A DNA stretch of 64,000 nt. Origin: Phyllobates terribilis. Its lineage: Eukaryota. Shown here in pieces: positions 13,877-26,624 of the stretch (position 1 is its first letter; each line of letters starts with the position of its first letter). Location: assembly GCF_046119375.1 (NCBI RefSeq), contig NW_027362764.1, positions 188,604,001 through 188,668,000 on the forward strand, read 5' to 3'. A program made the translations under genes and the position numbers. The notes under the pieces are model-generated. The model was not told where the DNA came from. It saw only the letters and a program-made list of their open reading frames with translations, and did no database searches.

Positions 13877-15011
13877 TAGTGTTGAGCGAGCATGCTCGAC
13901 ACTGCTCGGAACTCGCCCGAGCATCTCACTACTTAGGATGTTTGGCGAGCACCGAGCATTTGCTGGTTACTCGGGCGGGAGCTCGGGTCTCCGCCCTGCA
14001 TGTTTGGCGCTCTTTACAGAGCCAATGAACATGCAGGGATTGCCAGCCAGACACTGTAATGCCGCAGCCATGTTGGTTGTGGGCATTATAGTGATTGACT
14101 GGCCGCACAGCGTCACCTCGAGTATTTAAAACCGGGCGCCGCCATCTTGGACACAGTCGCTCCGGATCAGACAGTGTAGGGAAAGTGCTGCTAAGCTAGG
14201 GAGAGATTTATACTGCGAAATAGGTAGTGTAGGGTCTCTAAAGCCTGCAAAATCAAACAAACAGTCCTTCTGAGGACGTATATCCATCCCAGATAGACAA
14301 GGACTTGCACGGGGATAGTTGCAAGTCTGCATCTTCTGATGCGGCAAGGATCAGTTCTGATGGGCACACTTTTAGGCAGTGACCTGGGTGTCAGAGATGC
14401 TTCCAGGGGTTTTCCCCATGCTGTCCTCATGTCTTTTCAGTACTGTATGCATGTGTCACACAGCACATGGCCAGATAAGGTTGTAAAATGTTAAAATGAC
14501 ATTTCCCGGTGAATGCATTTGCCACGGTTGAAAGCAATACAAAAGTGCAAAAACGCATAAAAAATGTTATTTGCGAACATAGCCCAAGGTGTGGAGGAGT
14601 ATTTTTGTTTTTGGTTATTTATTTTACCTTATACACAAGTCTTTACCCTGGAAAGGATATTCCTTAACATATTTCACAGGAAAACAGTTTCAGTTTAGTT
14701 TTTGAACGTTTTATTGTGAGCCCGTAAAAGTGGCTTAATACCTCTGACCACGTTGTTGACAGCAGTGACCTGGGGGTCAGAAATGCTTCCTGGGGCGATC
14801 CCCATGCTGTCCCCATGTTATTTGAGCACTGTCACTATCATTTTGGGCACTTTTTAGGCTTTCTACAGACTGCCGGGGGTGCCTTCGCAAAAATGCTCTC
14901 GTCTCCCATAGACTAACATTGGGCTCGTTGCTTGGGTCGAGCACCCGAGTATCACGGTGAGCTCGGCCCAAGCTTCGAGCACCCGAGCATTTTAGTGCTC
15001 GCTCAACACTA
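13877..15011 (+). mobile_element. Non-autonomous hAT element (MITE)
   Basis: Perfect 16-bp TIR TAGTGTTGAGCGAGCA / TGCTCGCTCAACACTA, clustered subterminal CCGAGCA/TGCTCG motifs, no transposase. The 8-bp flanks do not match (GTTTCTAT vs GTCACCTC). Confidence 0.8.
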
Positions 15012-16039
15012 GTCACCTCTGCTTCTGAGGATAAGTTTATCCGAGTCACCAGCCTCAGAAATCGCAGGTTAACTGCAGCTCAGATTAGAGACCAGGTCAA
15101 TGCCACACAGAGTTCTAGCAGCAGACACATGTCTTCAACAACTGTTAAGAGGAGACTTTGTGCAGCAGGCCTTCATGGTAAAATAGCTGCTAGGAAACCA
15201 CTGCTAAGGACAGTCAACAAGCAGAAGAGACTTGTTTGGGCTAAAGAACACAAGGAATGGACATTAGACCAGTGGGAATCTGTGCTTTGGTCTGATGAGT
15301 CCAAATTTGAGCTCTTTGGTTCCAACCACCGTGTCTTTGTGCGACGCAGAAAAGGTGTACGGATGGACTCTACATGCCTGGTTCCCATCGTGAAGCATGG
15401 AAGAGGAGGTGTGATGGTGTGGGGGTGCTTTGCTGGTGACACTGTTGGGGATTTATTCAAAATTGAAGGCATACTGAACCAGCATGGCTACCACAGCATC
15501 TTGCAGCGGCATGCTATTCCATCCGGTTTGCGTTTAGTTTGACCATCATTTATTTTTCAACAGGACAATGACCCCAAATACACCTCCAGGCTGTGTAAGG
15601 GCTATTTGACCAAGAAGGAGAGTGATGGGGTGCTACGCCAGATGACCTGGCCTCCACAGTCACCATACCTGAACCCAATCGAGAAGGTTTGGGGTGAGCT
15701 GAACCGCAGAGTGAAGGCAAAAGGGCCAACAAGTGCTAAGCATCTCTGGGAACTCCTTCAAGATTGTTGGAAGACCATTTCCGGTGACTACCTCTTGAAG
15801 CTCATCAAGAGAATGCCAAGAGTGTGCAAAGCAGTCATCAAAGCAAAAGGTGGCTACTTTGAAGAACCTAGAATATAAGACATATTTTCAGTTGTTTCAC
15901 ACTTTTTTCTTAAGTATATAATTCCACATGTGTTAATTCATAGTTTTAATGCCTTCAGTGTGAATGTACAATTTTTATAGTCATGAACATACAGAAAAAT
16001 CTTTAAATGAGAAGGTGTGTCCAAACTTTTGGTCTGTAC

Positions 16040-16041
<2 letters not shown>
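15012..16041 (+). mobile_element. 5'-truncated Tc1 element, DD38E (Intruder-type) transposase pseudogene with right TIR
   Basis: ORFs 15129-15542 and 15606-15878: WSDESKF, QQDNDPK, NPIE with 38 residues between D and E. One nonsense codon near 15540. Right end ...TCCAAACTTTTGGTCTGTACGG is followed by TA. Confidence 0.88.
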
Positions 16042-16087
<46 letters not shown>

Positions 16088-16099
16088 TATATATATATA
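16042..16099. repeat. (TA)n microsatellite
   Basis: Direct reading; one GAA interruption. Confidence 0.98.
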
Positions 16100-16993
16100 C
16101 AGTTGAAACCAGAAGTTTACATACACTATATAAAAAGACACATGTGCATGTTTTTCTCAATATCTGACGTGAAATCAGAATAAACCTTTCCCGTTTTAGG
16201 TCAATTAGGATTACCATTATTTTAAATACAGTTTTTGCCAAATGCCAGAATAATGAATGAGAGAGAATGTTTTAAGGCATTTTTATTACTTATGGCAAAG
16301 TCAAACGTTTACATACATTTCATTAGTATTTGGTACCATTGCCCTTAAACTGCATGACTGGGGTCAAAAGTTTGGGATACACTAAGATTACTATGCCTTT
16401 AAACAATTCTGGACTGCCCATATGATGATTATATGTGCTTAGAAGCTTCTGATAGCTTTTTGGCAACATCTGAGTTAATTAGAGACACACATTTGGATGC
16501 ATTTTAATGCACACTTGAAACACCTTCTTCTTTGTATAGCATCATAGGAAAGTCTAAAGAAATCAGCTAAGATATCAGAAAGAGAATTGTGGACCTTAAC
16601 AAGTCTGGTTCATCCTTGCGTACAATTTAAAGATATCTGAAGGTGCCTTGTTCATCTATACATACAATTATATGCAAGTACAAACAAGATGGGAATGTCC
16701 AGCCATCATACTGCTCAGGAAGGAGACGGGTTCTATGTCCCAGAAATGAACGTGCTTTGGTCCAACATGTGCATATCAACCAAGGACAAAAGCAAAAGAC
16801 CTTGTGAAGATGATGGCGGAAGCTGGTAAGATTGGGTCAATAACCAGAGTGAAACAAGTACTGTATCAACATGGGCTGAAAGGCCACTTTGCCAGGAAGA
16901 AGCCATTACTCCAAAATAAATCATAAATAAGCCAGATTAATGTTTGTCCTGTGGTCTGATGAAACTAAAATTGAACTTTTTGGGCATAATGAC

Positions 16994-18062
16994 TGTGACG
17001 ATACAGCTTCAAATCTTAATCAGCCAGACTTATAGATTTGTTAAGCCAAGAGAAATACCCTATTGTGTTTGTGTTGACTTGTGAATGTATGTGTATTTCT
17101 GTGGTTGGTCAAGAAGGACAGACCAGTATTTATATAACCCTGATTGTTGTCTTCTCTTGGTTCTGAAACAATGATGTTTGTTACTATGCTAATTACATAT
17201 TATACTAAAGCCAGCTAGATGTTGATTTAAAGAGCCCCCCAGCTATGCCGACTGTGTGGGTTGATTGAATGCTCAAACAATGAGACATGAGACCTGTGAA
17301 ATAATGCCCTGTGGATGTGTACTTTAAAAAACAAATGTGAATTATTTAAGGAACATATGCCTCTGTAGCAGAGAGATTTGAAACAGAGAACTGAAGGAGA
17401 CTTTACAGGGAGAATCAAGGATTAGACTCTGTTGAGACCATCAGCTTGGTAGCATGGCTATACCCAAAGAGACAGAGATTTGGATTCTACATGATTCCAG
17501 CCTAAGGGTATATGGCCCTGACTGGAAAGATACGGATCTGCTCCATTTGCCATCAGAGAGCCCATGGATAAATTTGGGGAGACCAGGTTGGGACGATGAA
17601 GTCACCTGACCCCATGGATATGTTGTTTGGGATTGCCAAATGAGACCCTCCGATCACCTGGAACCCATAGAGACATTCGGAAAAGCCAGATTGAGACCAG
17701 ACGGTCATCTGGCCCCATGGAAACTCTCAGAGAGGCCAGGGTGGGACCTTTGGGTCTCCTGGCCTTGTACTTTGATGGACTGCTAGCTTCCTAAGCTTGC
17801 CACTACCTTCTCTCAGTGGGGGCCCACCAAAAGCAAGGGGCCACTGGTTGAGGTAGTTGGTCCTGGAAGTCCCAAAGTCACAGTTGTTCTATCCCAGGCG
17901 AGACTGTGTAATGTTGTACCATCTTGGGTACAGTATATTCTGGGACTGATCTATCTGTTTATTGTCCGCTTTGTGGTTCAATAAAGTATTGCCACACTGT
18001 TTTACCTTCACCCTGTGTTATCTGAGTAGTATTACGCTTACGGAAGACCCTGTGTCTTCACA
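16994..18062 (+). mobile_element. Solo LTR (1069 bp)
   Basis: TGTGA...TCACA termini, 5-bp TSD ATGAC (16989-16993, 18063-18067), AATAAA near 17981. Removing it restores the Tc1 reading CATAATGACCATC. Confidence 0.88.
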
Positions 18063-18720
18063 ATGACCATCATTACGTTTGGAGGAAAAAGGGAGAAGCT
18101 TGGAAACCTAAGAACACCATCCCAATTGTGAAACACGGGGGTGGCAACATCATGTGTTGGGATTGTTTTGCTGCAGGAGGGACAATTGCACTTCACAAAA
18201 TAGATAGCATCTTGAGTAGTGTTGAGCCACCCCCGTAGTGTTCGAGTTCGGTTCGGTTCGTCGAACACCCGTGTGTTCGCCGAACTGTTCGTCGAACTGT
18301 TCGTCGAACACCTTCGAACACCGTTAAAACCAATGGAAGGCAAACAAAAACACATAGAAACACATAGAAAACACCTTCAAAGGTGTCCAAAAGCTGACAA
18401 ACTGCTCTGAAGACACAACTAACACATGGAAAAGTGACAATTACATATAGTCATGCGAAAAGAAAAGAGGTGGAGGAGTAAAAGGAGGGGGAGACACAGA
18501 TATAGGCATGTCATGCCCTTCTAAAATCCAAAAAGTGAGAAGCCGACACGTTCAGTCCGCTCCTGCCCGTGCCACCTCCGTGTCGCCGGGTTTGTGCCAG
18601 AGCCGCGGTGAACCCTGACGGCCAACCCCCTCTCCCAATACTGGTGCCTGTCCGCTGGTGGGTGGAGCGAGCCCCCCTGTGGTGGAGGCAGCTCTAAGCT
18701 TTTTAATTTAAATTGTCTCT

Positions 18721-18986
18721 CTAATTTGAATGAATACACTTTAAATCCATTTACAAGGATCTATTGGAGGGCAAGTCTCATGCCAGCAGCCGCGTAATTC
18801 CAGCTCCAGTAGCGTCCACTAAAGCTGCTGCAGTTAAAAAGCTTTTATAAGGATCGAGCTCGGCTGTCCACCGCAAGGCATCCTACTGCCAGTCCCAGCC
18901 CCTATGCCTTGGGGTGCCTCCTGATGCTCTTCACTGAGTATCCCGTGGTCCCGAAGCATTTCCTTTGAAAAAATTAAGTGTCAAAA
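18721..18986 (+). rRNA. Diverged 18S rRNA fragment (pseudogene) inside hAT copy 1
   Basis: CACTTTAAATCC..AGGATCTATTGGAGGGCAAGTCT..TGCCAGCAGCCGCG-TAATTCCAGCTCC..GCTGCAGTTAAAAAGCT..CCCGAAGC..TTTGAAAAAATTA matches the conserved 18S core (the 'GTGCCAGCMGCCGCGGTAA' region) and the start of V4, recognised from memory. Confidence 0.9.
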
Positions 18987-19094
18987 CTACAGGTGGTGTA
19001 GCTTGCTTAACAGCCGGGATAATCCGCTGACTAGCAGACACTGCTACTAGGCACAAAGTATTTCCTGGGCTAGATGCAGTTAAAAATTTGTAAT

Positions 19095-20915
19095 TAGATA
19101 CTCTCGTTGGATGTTGAGAAAGCATTCCATAGAGTCTCCTGGCACGCCATATATGATTCTCTTAAAAAACTTGGGGTAGGGGTCTAGGGGACCCTTTTAT
19201 AGCCAAAATCACGGCCCTGTATCGCAATACGTCACCTAGGCTGAAGATAAATGGAACTGTATTACCCTGAGGGCTCGGTTGCTACAGAGGAATTGCACCT
19301 CACCCAGAGGTGTGATATCTCACTCTCAGGTAAGGATGGAGTGTGGATCAGGACCCGACACCTGCATGCATTACACCACATTGCCGTGGGGCAGGGCGAC
19401 CAATATGCCCCTGAGATGGGCACGACAGTCCCTGTCCCTGGCTGGAGTGGGGGGAGGGAACACTGAGGAAGGGGAACCCTGTAGTGCAGGAGCAGGGAGG
19501 AAGCAGTTCCTGGGTGCATTGAGAAGGGAGTATAAAAGGTGGGCACCATCTTAGTTCAGTGCAGAGAAGTCTGAGCAGAAGTGGCAGGGAGCAGGGGCTC
19601 TGCATGAGCTCTGCTCCGGAGGCGGGCCTAGTAACAGAGGCCCAGGCCTGGAAGAGGGAGAAGGAAGGAAGAGGAGCGGAGAAGGCTCCAGGAACGAGGA
19701 ACGAAGGGATCCCAGGGGTGCGGACGGGTGAGTCTCCACCACACGCCCGAATCCACCTGCGTGGAGGGGTCAGGCCAAAGGGGGAGACCGGTCCCCGAAA
19801 CTAGTGGAGGCAGGAAACGACCCTCAGCTAGAAACAGGAGGCTGTGACATTTTATGTGGCGCAGCCCCTCGCTACACCCGCTAGGAAGGCACCACATAGG
19901 GTCAGGGAAACTGGCGCCAAGTTTACCAAGAGGAGGCCCGAGGCAGCCGGACAGAAGGGTTGGTAAGTAAGGCCAGACAAAGGACACACAAAGGGGGTCC
20001 TGTGAAGCGCTCCAAAGTTATCTGGGAGTTGTCTGAGCCCCTCACCTGGTGAGCACAGTACGACGTGGGCAGCCGTTACCTGCAGACGTGGTCTGGATAA
20101 TAAGAACTGTGAGTAAAGGCCCTGGACTGCATCACTGACTCCGTGTCGTTACTGCTGCTGCCCTGCACCATCACCCCCATCCTCCGCTTACACTGCCCTG
20201 AGGCTATACTCCTCCCATGGGGAGTTATGCTACGCTCTGCTGCACCCACAACACCAGCCTCAGCGGTCTGCCCCGGAGCGGCGGTTCACTCTGACCGGAA
20301 TCCACGGGTGGCGTAGTCGGACATTTAAACATCAAAACCACATAAATAGTTCCGCCACTGGTTTGACCGCCCTGAGCCACGGAACCGGGTCGCTGCCACG
20401 GAGACTACAACCACCAGCATCCACCAAAAAGGGTCCGGCTCCGGATGTCCCAAGGCCCAGGGGGCGCGTCAGAACATTTTCATCACCTTTCACAATCACC
20501 AATGGGACAAGGCAGGGATGTTCTCTGTCCCCTCTCTTATACATCCTAGTGACGGAGCACCTGCTCTCATCAATTCGCCATAACCCCAATATTAGGTGGA
20601 TTGAGGTGGGAGGCACCGAGTACAAGTGCTCTCTATTTGCTGATGATGTCCTAGTATATATCACTCAATCACATATATCCATCCATGCTGTTATGGCTGA
20701 AATAGATCACTTTGTTACATGGTCAAATTTTAAAATCAATGCAGCGAAGTCTGAGGCCCTCGATGTCTCCCTCCCCAAATCCATATAGGATTCCATCCAG
20801 TCCAACTTTCCCTTTGCCTGGCCCTCACAGGGTATCAAATACGTAGGAATTCCTATTCATAGAGACCTCTCCCATCTATGTTATCTTAATTTTGGGCCCT
20901 TTATTGAACAACTCC
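19095..20915 (+). pseudogene. L1/Tx1-clade RT fragment split by an LTR-like insert (19095-19228 + ~20471-20915)
   Basis: LSLDVEKAFHRVSW..ITALY on the left; FSSPFTITNGTRQGCSLSPLLY..LFADD..FKINAAKSEAL..IKYVGI on the right. Confidence 0.88.
19229..20470 (+). mobile_element. LTR-like segment (~1.24 kb) inserted in the L1 fragment
   Basis: GC-rich non-coding block interrupting the L1 frame, with TATAAAAG (~19531), AGTAAA (~20112) and an end GGGGGCGCGTCA. Left terminus and TSD not recognisable. Confidence 0.5.
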
Positions 20916-20993
20916 ATACAGACCACGGTTGGCAAGTTAGAACTGTAAGATTCACTACGTGAACCACTGGTGTTTTGTGGAAAAGCACATGTA
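20915..20993 (-). pseudogene. Short diverged duplicate of hAT transposase 3' coding sequence
   Basis: CACGGTTGGCAAGTT..GAAAAGCACATGTA is near-identical to 23257-23324. Confidence 0.85.
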
Positions 20994-22369
20994 CACTGTG
21001 TTCCAAATTATTATGCAAAAAGTGTTTAGGAGTGATAAGGGAAGAATTTGTTTGTTTGTCAGTTAAACTCATTGATGGTGATGTGTGTCAGGGCTCTTTA
21101 TATCACTGTAAGCAATTGCAGACACCTGTGCTAATTAGTTTGGCAGGTGTGTCCAATGAAAGGCAAGACTACTTAAGAAGGCTGTCTCACATTACTAAGC
21201 AGCCTACATTTTCTGCCAAAATGGGAAAGAAAAAGGATGTGTCGGCTGCTGAGAAGCAACAAATTGTGGAGTGTTTAGGTCAAGGCATGACTACAGTCAA
21301 CATTGTGCGATGATCAGGATGAAGTGTCTTGGCAATCAAGAAGTATGTAGCTGATTCACAGTACACACGTGTGCGTGCTGATAAGGGCAAATTGAGGACT
21401 CTTTCCTACAGGCAATTACGTCAGGTTAAAAGAGTAGCGGCAAAAAAGCCTTGTCATAGCAGCAGACAAGTTTTTGAAGCTGCTGGTGCCTCCAACGTCC
21501 CCCGAACAACAAGATGCAGGGTCCTTCAGAGGTTTGCAGCTGTGCATACGCCATCCTGTCGACCTCCTCTATCCACTTCACACAAGCAGAAACGGCTCCA
21601 GTGGGCCAAACATTACATGAAGACTGATTTCAAAACTGTTTTGTTCACGGATGAGTGCCGAGCAGCGCTCGATGGTCCAGATGGATGGAGTGGAGGATGG
21701 CTGGTTGATGGACACCCCACGCAAACACGGCTACAGCGCCAACAAGGACGAGGTGGAGTAATGTTTTGGGCTGGAATCATGGGGAGAGAGATTGTCGGCC
21801 CCTTTAGGATCCCTGAAGGCGCTAAAGATGAACTCCATAATGTATGTGGATTTTCTCAAACAGCACTTCCTGCCATGGTTCAAGAAGAAGAACCGTGTAT
21901 TTCACAGCAAGATCATTTTTTTGCATGATAATGCACCATCTCATGCTGCACATTAAACATCTGCATCTCTGGCTGATATGGGCATAAAAGGGTACAAACT
22001 TATGGTGTGACCCCCATGCTCCCCTGACCTCTACCCCATTCAGAACCTCTGGAGCATCATCAAAAGGAGTGTCTATGATGGCGGGAGGCAGTTCACATCT
22101 AAGCAACACCTCTGGGAGGGTATTCTGTCCTCATGCAAAACAATTGAAGCAGAAACCATCCAAAACCTGACAAATTCAATGGACGAGAGAGTTCAGAAGC
22201 TCCTTTCGAACAAGGGGTCCTATGTGAAAATGTAACATCACCTAGAATAAAGTTTTGAGTTGAAAACTGTTTGATTTCAGTTTCTAATAACCTGCTAATG
22301 CTTATAATTTCAAAAATGACCATTTTTTTGGTCTTTATTAAAATGAAAAGGTTGATCGAAAAGTTTGGG
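20994..22369 (+). mobile_element. Tc1 element, DD37E (TRT-type) transposase pseudogene; left TIR present, right TIR lost
   Basis: TA|CACTGTGTTCCAAATTATTATGC. MGKKKDVSAAEKQQI at 21221, FTDECR, HDNAPSH, PDLYPIQ (catalytic E to Q) with 37 spacing. Contains stops and a frameshift. Confidence 0.85.
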
Positions 22370-22492
22370 GGATCTAAGAGTGTGGCAACCCAGTAGTCAT
22401 GATTACTTCGAATTCTGACAATATGAGGGTCATGTTGCAGGTAGTGCAGCAAGAAGGCACTTATGTGTCTTGCGCATCTCGGAGCCCCAAAA
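22370..22492 (-). pseudogene. Second diverged duplicate fragment of hAT transposase
   Basis: SAFLLHYLQHDPHIVRIRSNHDYWVATLLDP versus ..HDPRIVRIRNNPDYWVATLLDP in the main ORF. Confidence 0.85.
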
Positions 22493-22499
22493 TTATTTT

Positions 22500-22760
22500 C
22501 CGGGCTAGATGCAGCTAAAAATTATTATTAATTTTAAATCTGGTGGAGCTTAGTATAGATGGCCTAATAGGATCAGTGCTGCACACTGCTACAAAGCCCA
22601 AATTATTTTCCAGCCAAGATACAGATAAACATGATTAGTAATTTTAAATCTGGTGGAGCTTATTATAGATGGCCTAATAGAATCAGTGCTGCACACTGCT
22701 ACAAAGCCCAAATTATTTTCCAGCCAAGATACAGATAAACATGATTAGTAATTTGAAAGC
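22500..22760. repeat. ~120-bp tandem repeat (2+ copies) 3' of the hAT transposase
   Basis: AAATCTGGTGGAGCTTA..GGCCTAATAG..CAGTGCTGCACACTGCTACAAAGCCC repeated; mirrored at ~39800-40050. Confidence 0.9.
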
Positions 22761-22802
22761 TTAAAACGGTTGGTAGGGTGATTTTAACCAATCATCCATC
22801 TT

Positions 22803-25800
22803 TTACTCTCCCCAGGATGACACAGGGGTAGAAAAGTCGTTTCGGATTCATGATTTGTTCATCTTTATGAACGTGTGTATGTCTACATTATCAGTGGAGA
22901 GCCGCGTGCGCTTATCTGTCAGCACACCACCAGCAGCGCTGAACACACGTTCAGACAGAACGCTGGCTGCGGGGCATGACAAGATGTCCAAGGCGTAAGT
23001 GGCTAGCTCCGGCCATTTATCCAGATTGGAAGCCCAAAAAGAGCAAGGGTCCAGTGACACAGTCATGTCTTCAATGTTTATTTGGAGATACTCCTGTACC
23101 ATCGTCTCTAGGCGTTGACTATGTGTCAGACTTCTTGTCTCCTGTGGCCTTGCAAAGGATGGGCTAAAAAAGTGGTGAAATGATTGCGCAAAATTGATGT
23201 TACCAGCAGATACTGTGGTTCTGTAATGGTTTGAGTGCTGAACACTTGACGGTCCCACGGTTGGCAAGTTGGAACTGTGAGATTCACTACGTGCACCACT
23301 GGTGTTTTGTGGAAAAGCACATGTAAGATTCTACAACAGTCTCTGCTGATACTCCTGCATGCGTGCATCCCTTTCTATGGCAGGAATAATTTCTGCAAAT
23401 TTACTTTTGTACCGGGGATCTAACAGTGTGGCAACCCAGTAGTCAGGATTATTTCTAATTCTCACAATTCGAGGGTCATGTTGCAGGTAGTGCAGCAAGA
23501 AGGCACTCATGTGTGTTGCGCATCCAGGAGCACCAAGTCCCTGTTGTGTTGGTGGTGAGGTAACAATCATGCTTCCTTCCTCTGTCCTCTCCCCCCAACC
23601 TCGCACAACAGAAATGTGATCAAGGTCTCCCGCATCTGATGAGTCTTCCATCAGTTCGTCCTCCACTTCTTCCTGGGCTCCTGCACCTTCCTCACTAGTT
23701 TGGCTGCTACCATGCGCCCTGGTAAAACCATCTCCACCACCCTCACATGCCTGCCACCTTGGTGCTGCCAACCGTCTGGACCTTGCAGATGTTAGCCCTT
23801 CCGCATACAACTCCTCCTCCTCTACTTCCTCCACCTCCTCTTGTGCCACCACCTGACTCCGAATTCTGTTTAACATGTGCTCCAGCATGTAAATCACCGG
23901 AATAGTCATGCTGATAATGGCATCGTCAGCACTAAACATCTTCGTCGCCATTTCAAAACTGTGCAGAAGGGTGCATAGGTCCCTGATCTGAGACCACTCC
24001 TCCAGCGTGATTTGCCCCACGTCTGGATCTCGTTGGCCCAGGCTATACGTCAGAACGTATTGCACCAGGGCTTGTCGGTGCTGCCACAGTCGCTGCAACA
24101 TGTGCAGAGTTGAATTCCACCGGGTAGGCACATCGCATTTTAGCCGGTGAAGTGGCAGGCCCAACTACTTCTGTAGAGATGTAAGTCGCTGAGCTGCGGG
24201 ATGCGAACGGCGGAAGTGAGCACACAGCGACCGTGCCCTCTGCAGAAGGCCATCTAGTCTGGGATAGTGGGCTAAAAATTGCTGGACAACCAGGTTCAAC
24301 ACGTGAGCCATACAAGGCACGTGTGTGACATTGCCCCGGCGAAGTGCTGCACCCAGGTTTGCAGCATTGTCGCACACGGCCTTCCCTGGTTTCAGGTCCA
24401 GTGGAGACAACCATTCATGAAATTGGTTCTCCAGAGCTGACCACAACTCCTCAGCTGTGTGACTCACATTTCCCAGACATTTCAAAGTAAAAACCGCCTG
24501 ATGACGTTGAGCCCTACTGCCAGCATAGTAAGGAGGTGTGCAGGATCCCTTCTGCGCAGTTAGAAAGCTTGTGGCATGACCAGACAGGCTTTGGGTGCAG
24601 GTGGAAGACCGAGAGGAGGTTGAGGAGCCAGAAGCAGTGGAGGAACTTTGACATAAAGAGGATTGACGCACAACTCGTGGGGATGGCAAGACTTGGACAG
24701 AAGCCCCTTGTCCTGCTGTCACCATAGTTACCCAGTGCCCAGTCAGCGACATGTAACGCCCCTGTCCATGCCTACTCGTCCAAGTGTCTGTGGTGAAATG
24801 CACCCTGTCACACACAGAGTTTCTCAAAGAAGCGGTGATGTTGTGTGCGACATGCTGGTGGAGCGCAGGCACACCTTTCTTTGAGAAGTAGTGCCGACTG
24901 GGCATCTGGTACTGGGGCACTGCGACGGACATAAGGTCTCGAAAATCCTCTGTGTCCACCAGGCGGAAAGGCAGCATTTCTGTAGCCAAGAGCTTGCAGA
25001 TGGTGAAATTCAACCTCTTAGCTTTCTCATGGCTAGGAGGAAATGGTCTTTTACTTGTCCACATCTGAGGGACCGAGGGCTGGCTATTGTGCTTAGACGG
25101 GGTTGATAAGGGTGTCCCCGGCAAACTGCCGGTCTGTGAGGAAGATGCAGGCGGACATGTTAGGTTGCCTTGATCCAAAGGTGGTGCTATCGATATCGGA
25201 CAGCGCTCAACACCAGCTGGTGTTATCACCTCCAAAGAAAATGATGACCTGCCAATCACGCTGGCTGTTGCGGGTAAAGAGGTGGCAGGTCTGCGCCCCA
25301 AAACAGGTGTGACTGCTGTCCCCCCAGTCACAGAGAATGAAGAGGCCGCGGATGCACAAGATATGGCAGACGGTGGTTGGCCCGGCCGGCTAGGCCGCAT
25401 TGTAGCACACTGAGCTTCCCACTGCAACTTATGCTTCATGTCCATGTGCCGGTTCATGCATGAAGTACTCAAACTATGTATTTTTTGGCCTCTACTTAGC
25501 TTTTGCTGACAAATGTTACAGATAACACGAGTTGGGTCATCTTTATCGATCTGAAAAAATGCCCAGGCTATGCAAGGCTTAGCACCCATGCGACCTGAAG
25601 AGCCACCACGACTTGTGGTGAGAGGCAGAGTTGTGTTTGAGGATGCAGTTGTTGACGTGCTTCCAGTACTACGTCTCTGTCCAGGAAGGCGCAACCTGAC
25701 CTCGTCGTCACTAGCATCTTCCTCCACCTCCTCTGCTGACCTCATCTCTTGGCTGACTGTGGGTTGACAGTAAGTGGGATCTCCAACCTCATCATCATCA

Positions 25801-26504
25801 CCCTGTGCGTTATCACACCCGTCGTCCTCAGAGCCAACCTGTTCCTGCCCTGACAAAAAACTAAAGTTGTCGCTCCAATCAGGTATTTGAGTCTCATCAT
25901 TGTCTTCCTCATTGTCTCCACCAACAGGAGTTACAGTTTGGGAATGAGGGTCTACATTATGGTCAGAACCTTCTGCGTCTGGTCCTGGATCCGACTCATA
26001 AAGATTCTGGGCATCAGTGCAGATCATTTCCTCGTCTGGATTCACAGAAGCGCTGGAGTCGACCTCTGATTCCCAGGCTATAGTATGAGTAAACAGCTCT
26101 GCAGACTCAACCATCTGTTCTACCTCATACTCAGACGGGCAGCTGGAGATTTGGGAGCTGTGAGGAAGCAAGTGCGATTGGGGTGACACCTTTGAGGACT
26201 GGAGTATTTGTGATGTTGAAGTTGATGTGGAGGAGAGCCCACTTAAAGGAGCACTTGATATCCGTTGAAGCACCTGCTGTTTTTGTGCCTCATCTGGAAT
26301 TTGTAGCGATTGGCGTGGCCGTAAGAAAGGGATCTTATCACATTGTCCGCTAAAAGAAGTAGACATTTTAGTTTGGCTGGAAGATGGTCTTTCTTCTGCA
26401 GATGTTACTGTTGCTTTAACACCTACCCCACGGACACAACCTTTTTTCCCCTTCCCAACACGCCTATTCCCCTTTCCACCAGCAGCAGGCCTTTTTCCAC
26501 TCAT
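22803..26504 (-). pseudogene. hAT family-2 transposase, full length, three nonsense codons
   Basis: Collinear with 36049-39750. Stops TAG 24165-67 (TCG in copy 2), TAG 23331-33 (CAG) and TGA 22848-50 (TGG). Confidence 0.95.
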
Positions 26505-26624
26505 TTTGGTGGTTAACTAATTCACAACTCTGGAGTTGTTTGCACAAAAAAACAATGGATGGTAACCAAGCAGAGCTAAGTGGCCAAACTGTGGTATTAG
26601 GCCAAAACTATTGGCTGGGTTAGA

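Noticed and set aside
18721-18986. Functional rDNA locus
   Set aside because: Only ~265 bp, mutated in invariant positions, with no flanking rDNA unit.
20309-20320. tRNA-Ser primer-binding site (TGGCGTAGTCGG)
   Set aside because: It is a 12-nt match, but it is not directly preceded by a CA LTR end and the LTR-like block appears to continue to ~20470; ambiguous.
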